NCBI GenBank assembly: GCA_028875725.1
Contig: JAPPCR010000023.1
Location: forward strand, 405,620 to 469,619
Direction: 5' to 3'
DNA: 64,000 nucleotides
Origin: Acidobacteriota bacterium
Lineage (GTDB): Bacteria; Acidobacteriota; Thermoanaerobaculia; Multivoradales; Multivoraceae
Part shown: positions 1-11,271 of the stretch, in pieces
Position numbering within the stretch: position 1 is the first letter of the stretch
Layout: every line of letters begins with the position of its first letter
The notes under the pieces: generated by a model
The model's database searches: none
Told to the model about the DNA's origin: nothing
What the model saw: the letters and a program-made list of their open reading frames with translations, nothing else
Program-made: the position numbers and the translations under genes

Positions 1-383
1 CGCGTCGAACACGCCGCGGGCGCGGGCGTCGAGTTCGGTCTCCTCGTCGTAGAGGCCCTGGCCCCGGGGCGCGTTGGCCCAGTCCATGTACTCGGCTTCT
101 CGCTGGGTGCCGGTCATGACGATCGTGCCGCCGGTGTCGAGCATCGCCTGGTGGACCCTGGGGTTGTCGATCTCACCGTCCTCGTCGTTGTCGAGGAACT
201 GGGCGAGGACGCCCGCCGCGTGGAGGAGCTTGTCGTCGCCGGTCGTGTTCGTGGCGTAGATCGGCACGCCGTGGACCATGACCTTCTTGACCCAGGCGAT
301 CTCGTTCGCCGGCTCGCCCGCGTCGGGCACGCCGGCGCAGGCGACGATGATCAGGCATCCCAGCGGCCCAAGAGCGGTCTTCA
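1..383 (-). CDS. lipoprotein, N-terminal fragment (gene continues past window start); third paralog of the RTX-lipoprotein family
   Basis: ATG at 383 preceded by AGGAGG with a 7-nt spacer. Translation MKTALGPLGCLIIVACAG... is a signal peptide plus lipobox Cys. Downstream HAAGVLAQFLDNDEDGEID...GTIVMTG aligns with HGLNVMEHLLADHPGS...KATMVFF of CDS 2430..3680. Missing from the ORF track only because it has no stop inside the window. Confidence 0.6.
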
Positions 384-418
384 TGGTTCGTCCTCCTGGC
401 CGCCCCAATGCGGCGAAC

Positions 419-985
419 TCAGGGAGCCAGGAGTTCGCGCCGGACGGCGTCTTCGATCAGTTCCTCGGCGTAGCGCCAGAGCTCGGGCGCGCCGTCCTCG
501 ATGCAGCCGTTGATCTCGCGCACCTGGTCTGCCCGGACGCCGTGCTCCTGCCAGGGCCCGCCGCCGTTGATGTAGTTCAGGACCATCGGCTGCAAGCGGT
601 CCAGGGCCCTCGCGAACTTCGCTTCGGGGCTCCGCCGGGCCTCGAACTCGTCCCAGATGGCGCGCAACTCGGCCCCGCTCTCGGCCGGCAGCAGTCCGAA
701 GATCCGTTTCGCCGCCCGCTGTTCGCGCTCCTCCTGGTCCTTCAGACCGGCCTGGTCGTAGACGAAGGTATCGCCCGCGTCGATCTCGACCAGATCGTGC
801 ACGATCAACATCTTCAGCACCTTGAGTTGATCGAGCCCGGGGGCGGCCGCGTGCTCCGACAGAACCAGCGCCATCAAGCTCACATGCCACGAGTGCTCCG
901 CGGAGTTCTCGAGGCGTTCGTTGCCGACGATGGACGTGCGCCGCAGCACCTGCTTGAGCTGGTCGACTTCGACCAGGAAGCGCAT
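419..985 (-). CDS. HD-domain phosphohydrolase (YfbR-like 5'-deoxynucleotidase family)
   Basis: ORF 419..1090 translation contains HSWHVSLMALVL ... IVHDLVEIDAGDT, the H..HD..D metal motifs of HD hydrolases. The start was moved to the internal ATG (MRFLVEVDQLK...), giving about 188 aa, typical for the family; the upstream 35 aa are low-complexity. Confidence 0.7.
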   Translation of the reverse strand: MRFLVEVDQLKQVLRRTSIVGNERLENSAEHSWHVSLMALVLSEHAAAPGLDQLKVLKMLIVHDLVEIDAGDTFVYDQAGLKDQEEREQRAAKRIFGLLPAESGAELRAIWDEFEARRSPEAKFARALDRLQPMVLNYINGGGPWQEHGVRADQVREINGCIEDGAPELWRYAEELIEDAVRRELLAP

Positions 986-1118
986 CTGCTGCGCCAGGCG
1001 TCCGTGCCGTTCCGCCGCCCGCGGCCGGGCGTCGGAACCCGTACGCGTCTGGCGCGCGGACGCGCCGTCCGGGTTCCGTTCCTGCATCATGCAACGGTAT
1101 CCAACTCATCCGGTCGCT

Positions 1119-2420
1119 CTACTCTTCCGACTGGTCCAGTTGCACGACGCCGTCGCTGAACTGCAGGGACTCGACGCCGCTCAGCGTGTCGACTCCGTCC
1201 CGGTCCGGCTGCGAGTCCGTCACCGTCGCACCGTCGCCGTCCGGCGTCACCTCGTAGTCGGCCGCCGGGCCGCTGAACACCGCGGTGTCGTCGCCGTCGC
1301 CACCGTTAAGCGTGTCGTTGCCGCCGCCGCCCTCGAGCCGGTTCGCGCCGGCGTTGCCGGTCAGCACGTTGTCATGAGCGTTTCCGCGGAGGCCCGCGTC
1401 GCCGTCGCCGGTGAGCGCGACGTTTCGCAGATGCTGCGTCTTCATCGTGTAGCGCACGTCCGGGTCGAACGTCATGGAGAAAGTGCCGCTGAAATCGAGC
1501 GGCAGCTCCGGCGTGTAGGCCAGGTGCGGCGGCACGAACTTCCCGATCAGGGCGAAGCCGAGTGGGTCGTCGTCGAGCATGGCGGACCTGCTGCCTGCGA
1601 AGTAGCGCCCGAAGTGCGACTGCCCATCGGGAATCTCGCCGGGTTCGATGTCCACGGCCTCGTACATGGTCGGCGGCACGGTCCAGAGGTCGTAGTAGTT
1701 GTCGATCAGCACGCCGACGTACTCGTTCGGGTGCTCCTGCGGCTCGTCGTCGGGCCAGCCGCGCCAGCCGTTCGCCTCGGCGACGTCGTTCGCCGCCCGC
1801 ATCTCGGCGATCATGTCCGGCAACGTCGGCTTGATCCCGTAGTCATGGATCAGGTGCCAGATCTCCTCGTACGAGGCATCGCGGGTGACGTGGGCCATGT
1901 AATCCGCGTCGCCCGGGGCCGGGCACTCGTTCGCCCGGAGGTCCTGCATGCTGAGATCGGTCGCCCCCGCCAGCCCGGATCGCATCGCGGCATTCAGTTC
2001 CTCTTCCGTGTTGAAGAAGACCATCGTCGCCTTGCGGTCCGCCATCGCGCTGGCGATGCCGCTCTTGTCGTCGCCGTACTCCGAGCCCGGGAAGTCGGTC
2101 AGCAGGTGCTCCATCACGTTCAGGCCGTGCTTGATCTGGTCGCGGGTCCAGATATCCGAGACCAGGAAGTGGATCCGCCTCCCGTCCGGCGTCGGCACGT
2201 AGGCGTAGCGGTTGAAGTGCTCGTGGAAGACCTCCGGCACGTCGGCCGGCAGGTCGACGATGCCATCAGGCGAACCCGACGTGTCGATGTCCGGCAGGGT
2301 GACGAGCTCTTTCGGAGCGCATGAGACCGCAAGCAGCGCTAGAACCGCAATCAGAACGCATGTACGAACCAATCTCACATCGGTCCGAGTCGACCTCACA
2401 TAGGTCCGAGTCAACTTCAT
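1119..2420 (-). CDS. secreted lipoprotein with C-terminal RTX (haemolysin-type) Ca-binding repeats; N-terminal domain of unknown function
   Basis: ATG at 2420 preceded by AGGAGAGACAG. Lipobox LAVSCAP. C-terminal GGxGxD nonapeptide repeats (GNAHDNVLTGNAGANRLEGGGGNDTLNGGDGDD). About 75% aa identity to CDS 2430..3680. Confidence 0.8.
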   Translation of the reverse strand: MKLTRTYVRSTRTDVRLVRTCVLIAVLALLAVSCAPKELVTLPDIDTSGSPDGIVDLPADVPEVFHEHFNRYAYVPTPDGRRIHFLVSDIWTRDQIKHGLNVMEHLLTDFPGSEYGDDKSGIASAMADRKATMVFFNTEEELNAAMRSGLAGATDLSMQDLRANECPAPGDADYMAHVTRDASYEEIWHLIHDYGIKPTLPDMIAEMRAANDVAEANGWRGWPDDEPQEHPNEYVGVLIDNYYDLWTVPPTMYEAVDIEPGEIPDGQSHFGRYFAGSRSAMLDDDPLGFALIGKFVPPHLAYTPELPLDFSGTFSMTFDPDVRYTMKTQHLRNVALTGDGDAGLRGNAHDNVLTGNAGANRLEGGGGNDTLNGGDGDDTAVFSGPAADYEVTPDGDGATVTDSQPDRDGVDTLSGVESLQFSDGVVQLDQSEE

Positions 2421-2429
2421 CTGTCTCTC

Positions 2430-3680
2430 CTACTGTTCCAGTTGGACCGTCCCGTCGCTGAACTGCAGAGACTCGACGCCCCGCAGCGTGTCGACGCCGT
2501 CCCGGTCCGCTTGCGAGTCGGTCACCGTCGTTCCGTCCGCGTCGGTGGTGACTTCGTAGTCGGCCGCCGGGCCCGAGAAGACCGCCGTGTCGCTGCCTTC
2601 GCCGCCGTCCAGGGTGTCGTTGCCGCCGCCGCCCTCCAGCACGTTCGCGCCCCCGTTGCCGGTGAGCACGTTGTCGTAGGCGTTGCCCTGCAGGTCCGCG
2701 TCGCCGTTGCCGGTCAGCGCAACGTTTCGCAGATGCTGCGTCTTCATCGTGTACCGCACCTCCGGATCGAACGTCATCGAGAACGTCCCGCTGAAGTCCA
2801 GCGGCAGTTCCGGCGTGTAGGTCAGATGCGGCCCGACGAACCCCGTGACCAGCGCGTAGCCGGGCGGGTCCTTCTCCGGCATGGCCGCCCGGCTGCCGGC
2901 GAAGTACTGCCCGAAGTGAGAGTAGCCCTCGGGAATCTCGTCCGGCTCGATGGGGCGCCCCTCGTACACGGTCGGCGGCACGGTCCAGAGGTCGTAGTAG
3001 TTGTCGATCAGCGCGCCGACGTACTCGTTCGGATGATCGTCCGTCACCTCCCGGGGCCACGCGTACCAGCCCTTCTCCGCGGCCGCATCGTTCGCGGTTC
3101 TCATCTCGGCGATCATCTCCGGCAGCGTCGGCTTGATCCCGTAGTCGTGAATCACGTGCCAGATCTCCTCGTAGGCGGCGTCCCTGGTGACGTGACCCAT
3201 GTAGTCCGCGTCGCCCGGGGCGGGACACTCGTTCGCCCGCAGGTCCTGCATGCTGAGGTCCGTCGCCTCGGGCAACCCCTCGCTCATCGCCTGGCGCATG
3301 TCGGGTTCGGTGTCGAAGAAGACCATGGTCGCCTTGCGGTCCGCCATCGCGGCGGCAATTCCGCTCTTGTCGTCGCCGTAGACCGAGCCCGGGTGATCCG
3401 CCAGCAGGTGCTCCATGACGTTCAGGCCGTGCTTGATCTGGTCGCGGGTCCAGCCGGAAGAGACCAGGAAGTGGATTCGCCTGCCGTCCGGCGTCGGATG
3501 GTAGGCGTACCGGTCGAAGTACTTGTGGAACACCTCCGGCACGTCGGCCGGAAGGTCGACGATGCCGTCGGGCGAGCCCGAGGTGTCGATTTCCGGCAGG
3601 GTGACGAGTTCCTGCGGGGCGCAGGAGGCCAGCAGAAGGACCGCAACCGCGATCAGAGCCGACATCCGAATCAGCCTCAT
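2430..3680 (-). CDS. secreted lipoprotein with C-terminal RTX Ca-binding repeats (tandem paralog)
   Basis: MRLIRMSALIAVAVLLLASCAPQE gives a signal peptide and lipobox. C-terminal GNAYDNVLTGNGGANVLEGGGGNDTLDGGEGSD repeats. Confidence 0.8.
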   Translation of the reverse strand: MRLIRMSALIAVAVLLLASCAPQELVTLPEIDTSGSPDGIVDLPADVPEVFHKYFDRYAYHPTPDGRRIHFLVSSGWTRDQIKHGLNVMEHLLADHPGSVYGDDKSGIAAAMADRKATMVFFDTEPDMRQAMSEGLPEATDLSMQDLRANECPAPGDADYMGHVTRDAAYEEIWHVIHDYGIKPTLPEMIAEMRTANDAAAEKGWYAWPREVTDDHPNEYVGALIDNYYDLWTVPPTVYEGRPIEPDEIPEGYSHFGQYFAGSRAAMPEKDPPGYALVTGFVGPHLTYTPELPLDFSGTFSMTFDPEVRYTMKTQHLRNVALTGNGDADLQGNAYDNVLTGNGGANVLEGGGGNDTLDGGEGSDTAVFSGPAADYEVTTDADGTTVTDSQADRDGVDTLRGVESLQFSDGTVQLEQ

Positions 3681-3693
3681 CTGCGCCTCCCCT

Positions 3694-5010
3694 TCAGTCC
3701 TGCAGGTACAGCTCCCAGAAGCTGGCCTGACCCTCGTCCTGCGAGCGGTTCACGACCTTGCCGTCCTTGATCACCATGGACAGGCTGCGCAGGTGCGAGA
3801 TGTGCTCGAGCGGGTTCTTCTCGAGCACGATCAGGTCGGCGAGCTTGCCGACCTCGACCGTGCCCAGGTCGTCCAGCATGCCCATCATCTCGGCGCTATT
3901 GCGGGTCGCCGCCTGGATGGCGCCCATCGCCGGGATGCCGTGGAAGACGAACTGTTCGATCTCGAGAATCCCGATCTCCGAGATCGGGTTCGAGTCGCTG
4001 CCGGTGGTCAGGCGGATGCCCGCCGCGTATGCCTTGTTGATCACGTCGCGCGCGTGGTTCGCGTACTCCGGGCTCCGTTCGTCGGCGCGGGAGACCCGCA
4101 CCCGGCCTTCGATGACTTCCGGTGGCGCAACGTACCCGGCCTCCGCGATCAGCCGTTCCCGCTCGACGATGAACTCGTCGCTCAGGTTGCACTGGATCGT
4201 CGGGTCGAGGAACATCCCCGCCTCAGCCATCATCCGGATCGTGTCGTCGGAGAGGTCGTTGCCGTGCTCCATGCTCTCGGCGCCGGCCATAGCGCCGATC
4301 CGGGCCGTCCTGTCCCCGCCATGGATGGTGACCGGAACGCCGTGTCGATGCGCTTCCTCGATCCCGGCGATCAACTCCTCGGCCGGCATCCGGCTGCCCA
4401 GGAACTTGATGAGCTGGACCCCGTTCGCGATGTTGTCGGCGACGACCGCCCGGATCCCCTCCGGCCCCTTGCCGGTCCGAACCAGCCAGTCCGTGTCGCC
4501 GTCGGTCGAGAGCGGCGGGCCGCCGGCGACGATCCGCGGCCCGACGAAGGCGCCGGAATCGAACGCCTCCTTCCAGGCGACGTCGATGAAATCGCGGTCG
4601 CCGGTGATCCGCAGCGTCGTGAAGCCGGCCTTCAGCGCGTCGATCGCATTGCGGCCGGCCCGAATCATGGCCCGCGGCAGCGGTTCGTCCTCGAGCAGGC
4701 CCTTCGGGTCCGGCAGCAGGTCGCCGAGATGGGAGTGGTTGTTCCACAGGCCCGGCAGGACGTAGGCGCCGCCGAGGTCGAGGACGCGGCCATCGTCGCC
4801 GGGGTTCGGCGCGGAGGACGACGGCGTGTGGATCGCGGCGATCCGGTTGCCCTCGATGACGACCGCGGCGTCGTCGATCGGCGGCGCGCCGGTAGCGTCG
4901 ATGACGGTGGCGTTGGTGAGGACGGTCGTCTGGGCGGCGGCTGCGATGGGCAGCAGCAGAACGAGAGTTACCGGAAGAGCTCCGCGGGTCCTGTTTGTGT
5001 TCCGCTTCAT
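3694..5010 (-). CDS. secreted amidohydrolase-family metallohydrolase
   Basis: Signal peptide. HSH metal motif (LWNNHSHLGD). Conserved amidohydrolase C-terminal block (TGSDSNP...GKLADLIVL). Confidence 0.8.
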   Translation of the reverse strand: MKRNTNRTRGALPVTLVLLLPIAAAAQTTVLTNATVIDATGAPPIDDAAVVIEGNRIAAIHTPSSSAPNPGDDGRVLDLGGAYVLPGLWNNHSHLGDLLPDPKGLLEDEPLPRAMIRAGRNAIDALKAGFTTLRITGDRDFIDVAWKEAFDSGAFVGPRIVAGGPPLSTDGDTDWLVRTGKGPEGIRAVVADNIANGVQLIKFLGSRMPAEELIAGIEEAHRHGVPVTIHGGDRTARIGAMAGAESMEHGNDLSDDTIRMMAEAGMFLDPTIQCNLSDEFIVERERLIAEAGYVAPPEVIEGRVRVSRADERSPEYANHARDVINKAYAAGIRLTTGSDSNPISEIGILEIEQFVFHGIPAMGAIQAATRNSAEMMGMLDDLGTVEVGKLADLIVLEKNPLEHISHLRSLSMVIKDGKVVNRSQDEGQASFWELYLQD

Positions 5011-5040
5011 CCCTTGCCCTCCTGCGATGTACCGATCGCG

Positions 5041-6432
5041 CTATTGATCCGATGCCGTGTTGCCGCGCTGGAAGCCGGCCGCCTCCTCGGACTCCGCCAG
5101 GAAACCCTCGGGCAGTTCCATCGATCCGTAGTAGTCCCAGTAGGTCGACGTTCCGAGCTGTGCGTCGAGGTCGACGATCACGCCGCCCTTGAGCACCATC
5201 ACGGTCTCTCGGACGTTCGAGATGTTCTCGAGCGGGTTGGCCCCCAGGACGACCAGGTCCGCCAGCTTCCCCTCCTCCACCGTGCCGAGCACGTCGAGCA
5301 CACCCTGTACCTCGGCCGCGTTTCGCGTTGCCGCGATGATCGTGTCCATTTCGCTGACTCCGGAGATGACGAACTGCTCCATCTCCAGGAATCCCATCTC
5401 GCCGACCGGCATGGAGTCCGAGCCGATCAGCAGCTTGACGCCCGCCTTGGCGGCCTTGGCCAGGATCCGCCGCTGTTCGAGCGCGAACTCCGGCGATCGT
5501 TCGTCCGCGAAGGCGACCATCGTGCGCAGCCGCACGATGTCCTCGTCCTCGGCGTAGCCCAACTCGGCCAGGCGCGCCTCGCGCTCGGCGATGTACCCGG
5601 CGCTCAGGTTGCAGATGATCGTCGGGGTGTAGAACGTTCCCTTCTCGGCCATCAGCTCGATCGTCTCGTCGGTGAGCCCGTAGCCGTGCTCGAGACAGTC
5701 CACCCCGGCCTTGACCGCGGCAAGCGCCCCCGGTTCGCGGACGTGCGAGGTGACGTGAACTCCGAGGCTGTGCGCCGTCTGGACCGCCGTCTCCAGCTCG
5801 TCCGGCAGCATCTCGACGCTGAACAGCTTGATCACCCTGGCGCCTTTCTGGACGCGTCTTCGCACCTCCTTGCGGATCGCTGCCACGCCGTCCGCGCCTT
5901 CCTCGACGTAACCGCGATGTCCCGCGGTCGGGCTCACCGGCTCGCCGCTGGCGAAGACCCGCGGACCGAGGAAGAAGCCATGGTCGAACGCCTGCTGCCA
6001 GGCGACGTCGATGTAGTCCTCCTCGCCCACCGAGCGCACGCTGGTGAAGCCGTGGCGCAGCCCGTCGATCGAGTTCAGCCCAGCGCGGATGACCTTGGAC
6101 GGCATCCGTTCGCCGGCAAGGGCGGGGTTGTCCGGGAACATCACGCTCAGGTGGGCGTGCATGTTCCAGAACCCGGGCAGCACCCAGGCGCCGTCGAGAT
6201 CGTGGACCTGGGCCGCGTCGTCGGCTCCTGATGACTCGTACGGTCCCTGCACGATCGACGCGATCCGCTGGCCCGCGATGACGATCGTCATCCCCTCCTG
6301 CACCGGACCGCCGTTGCCGTCGATGACGTTGACGTCCGTCAGGACGATCGTCTGCGCGGAGAGGCCGGCCGGCAGCAAGCCGGCAAGGAGTATCGCGATC
6401 GCCCGAATCAGACCGATGCGGAGCGTTTTCAT
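5041..6432 (-). CDS. secreted amidohydrolase-family metallohydrolase (tandem paralog)
   Basis: Signal peptide MKTLRIGLIRAIAILLAGLLPAGLSAQ. FWNMHAHL HxH motif. IGSDSMP...GKLADLVVL. Confidence 0.8.
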   Translation of the reverse strand: MKTLRIGLIRAIAILLAGLLPAGLSAQTIVLTDVNVIDGNGGPVQEGMTIVIAGQRIASIVQGPYESSGADDAAQVHDLDGAWVLPGFWNMHAHLSVMFPDNPALAGERMPSKVIRAGLNSIDGLRHGFTSVRSVGEEDYIDVAWQQAFDHGFFLGPRVFASGEPVSPTAGHRGYVEEGADGVAAIRKEVRRRVQKGARVIKLFSVEMLPDELETAVQTAHSLGVHVTSHVREPGALAAVKAGVDCLEHGYGLTDETIELMAEKGTFYTPTIICNLSAGYIAEREARLAELGYAEDEDIVRLRTMVAFADERSPEFALEQRRILAKAAKAGVKLLIGSDSMPVGEMGFLEMEQFVISGVSEMDTIIAATRNAAEVQGVLDVLGTVEEGKLADLVVLGANPLENISNVRETVMVLKGGVIVDLDAQLGTSTYWDYYGSMELPEGFLAESEEAAGFQRGNTASDQ

Positions 6433-6511
6433 CTCAGGGAGGTTGACCGTCTACTGTACACGGTCCAGTCGAGCTCAGACTGTCGGTGCGCCGGCTTTCT
6501 GGCCGGCTCCG

Positions 6512-8418
<1,907 letters not shown>

Positions 8419-8422
<4 letters not shown>

Positions 8423-11271
8423 CCGCCGCCTCCGGCGACCGCCGCCCGGCTGCCTTCGAAGCGCTCCGGCCGGTGCAGGTCGTAGATGACGATCGCCTCC
8501 GCGGCGTGATCGGCCGCGGGGTCGGCGCGCCTGGCGATGGCGATCGCCCGGTCGCGGGCGTTGTCGTCCGGCTTGTAGCGCGCGTGGAGCTCGCGGTGCC
8601 GGACCGCGTTCTCCGAGTCGCCGAGCTGGGCGTGGATCAGCCCGAGGTTGTAGTGGGCCGTCACGTTCTCCGGATCGATGACGAGGGCCCGCTCGAACGA
8701 CTCGCGGGCCTCGTGCAGGCGCTCGGCCCGGGCCTCGGCCCGGGCCGGGCCGCGCTCCCGCTTGGCGCGCTCGAACAGCGCCAGTCCGAGTTCGTTGTGC
8801 AGCCGCACGTCCCGGCTGAAGTCGAAGCCGCGCCGGCGCATCTCCTCGCTGTCCGCCTCGAGGATGGAGCGGAAGTTCGAGATCGCCTCGTCGACGGCGC
8901 CATTCTGCAGGTTGACAAGGCCCGAGAACCAGGCGACCGACCAGCTCGGCGCCGGCGGATCGAAGGCCGCCGCGCGCTCGAGCGCAGCGATGGCGCTATC
9001 CCGCACCGTGCCCTGGGCCAGGTAGACGCGCGCCAGGTTGAGGGGACCGTCCGGGCGACCCAGTTCCTCGACCCGCGTGAAGGCCTCGATCGCCTGGCGG
9101 AGCTCGCCGCGGCCGGTGCCGCCCTTGCGCAGCAGGCCGATGCCATAGTCGTTCCAGCGTTGCCACAGGGGCTTCCCGGGCTCGCGGACGGCCGCCGCGG
9201 GCAACTCGGCGGCACTGCCGGAAGCGGCGGCGCCGTTCACCTGGAACGTCACCGAGTCCCGGGCCAGGTCGAGGATCGGCAGCTCGTTCGCCGTTCCCGG
9301 ACCATAGATGTGGCGCAGGTAGGTCGTGTCGAACTTCCGGTATCGAAGCGCCGCTTCCACTGTCAGCGCGGCGGCAACGCCCGCCGGCGGCACCTCCAGC
9401 CGGTAGTGGACCACTTCGCCCGCTCCCGGCGGGATCTGGTGGTCGTAGAGCGGCACGAAGATGTCTTCCGCGTTGCGGCGGTCGATCCGCTTGCCATCCC
9501 GGTCGAGCATGTAGACGTTGATGAAGTGCGACCAGGGATCGACCCGGTTGCCCTCGCCGAGGCCGCCGCTGCGGCCGACCAGGTTGCCCAACTCGTCGCG
9601 CACCTCGACATCGAGCCAGAGCTGGTTCGAGTCCGCGGTGCCCTGGGTCAGGTGGTGACCCAGGCCCAGGGTGCGCACGACGACCTCCAGCAGGTAGTCC
9701 TCCCCCGGCTCGAGCGCGGGGACCTCCGGCCGGAGCGGCGCGATCAGCCCGTCCTCGATCGTGCCGCCCGGCTTGACGCCGAAGACGTCGACATCGACCA
9801 CGCCCTCGTTGAACTCGCGGTGCGCCTCGATCACCCAATCCGGGAAATCCAGCAGGTGGGGGATGCCCGTGTTCGCCGACGGAAACAGGTGATCGTGGAC
9901 CTGGGTGACGTCCGGCTGCTCGCTCTCCGCGTAGCGCCGGGAGCCGAAGTCCTCCGACGGCAGCAGTTCCATGTGGCAGCCGTTGCAGTTCGGCTCCGCC
10001 TTCGGCGGGTAGTAGAAGCTCGCCACCCCGTGGCCGGAAACGCCCGAGAGCAGGTGCGAGTCGTAGTGGTTCTGTCCGCGCAGGAACTTGTAGTGGTTCA
10101 GCTCTTCCGGGAGGTGGACCTTGTGGCAGGAGCCGCAGAACTCGGGGGTCGCGTGCAGGGGCTTGAGGAACGTTCGCTTGTGCAGCTCCGGCTTGGCCTT
10201 GACGAGCTGATGGTTGACATAGCGGAGCATTGCGGAGTCCGAGAACGCGAACGGGTAGTGCTGGGGTTCCTCGATCGTGTAGTCGGCGTTGCCGCGCGGG
10301 CTGTTGATGTGGGTGATCGCGTGGCACGAGGTGCAGGTGATCCCCGCGTGGGCAGACGGCTGGTCCACATCGAACTCCGGATCGTCGAAGGCGCCCGAGA
10401 AGAAGACCACCGGGTCATGGCAACCGGCGCAGAAGCGGGACGCCTGCACGTCGCCGGAGCGCTCGTACGCCTTGTCGCGCGTCTGCTGCACCGAGAAGCT
10501 GTACGCCGGATTGTTGAAGGAGCTGAATCGGTGGGCGCTGTAGGCCCAGCGGCTGTGGACATCCGCGTGGCACTCCACGCAATACGCATCGTTGCTCAGC
10601 GCGTGTTCCGGGATGAAGCCGCCGCTCGCGGTGCGCGCCAGCGACGGGAAGAAGTACTGCTCGCCCGACGCCGGGCCCTCGACGTTCCAGGCCCTCGGAT
10701 CCTGGAACTGAAGCACCAGGGCGACGCCGACCAGCACCACGGCCGCCGCGGCCACCCGTCCGCCGATCCGCCAGTTGATCCGCTTTCCCGCGAGCCGGTG
10801 GAGGACGAACAGCCAGACCGCAACCAGTGGCGCCAGCACGTGGAGCCAGTAGGCGACGCCGCGGACAGTGGGGTCGTTCACCGTGATCACGCCCTCGATC
10901 CGGGTCAGCACGATGCCGCTGAAGAGCAGGACGAGCGCCGTTCCAAACAGCGCGTAGCCGACCTTCACGGCGCGGCGATTGGGACGGTTCCGGGCATTGC
11001 GCATGTGGGCGAGACCGAACCAGATGACCGGCAGCACGAACAGGGCACCCACCGCCAGGTGCAGCAGGAACATCGAGATGTAGAACCAGTTCTGGTAAGT
11101 CTCGCCGGTCGCCACTTCCGCCGCGCGCACCCCGGACAGGTAGAAGGAGTTGACCGCGAGCAGGGCGAAGAGCCCGAAAACCACCCACAGCAGCGGTTTC
11201 AGCCTCGGGCCGATGGCTGGCCGGTAGCGCCGGCGAACGGGTCGTTTCCCGCCGCCCGCGTCCGTGGTCAC
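8419..11271 (-). CDS. membrane-anchored multihaem cytochrome c with C-terminal TPR repeats
   Basis: Five CxxCH motifs (CVECH, CAGCH, CTSCH, CGSCH, CNGCH). Several N-terminal TM helices. TPR-like C-terminus (AHYNLGLIHAQLGDSENAV...). GTG start overlaps the PBP stop (GTGA). Confidence 0.8.

Noticed and set aside
381-1109. 242-aa minus ORF overlapping the HD-domain gene in another frame
   Set aside because: It is out-of-frame with the HD-domain ORF, whose translation carries the H..HD..D motifs. Its own translation is Arg/Gly/Ala-rich junk.
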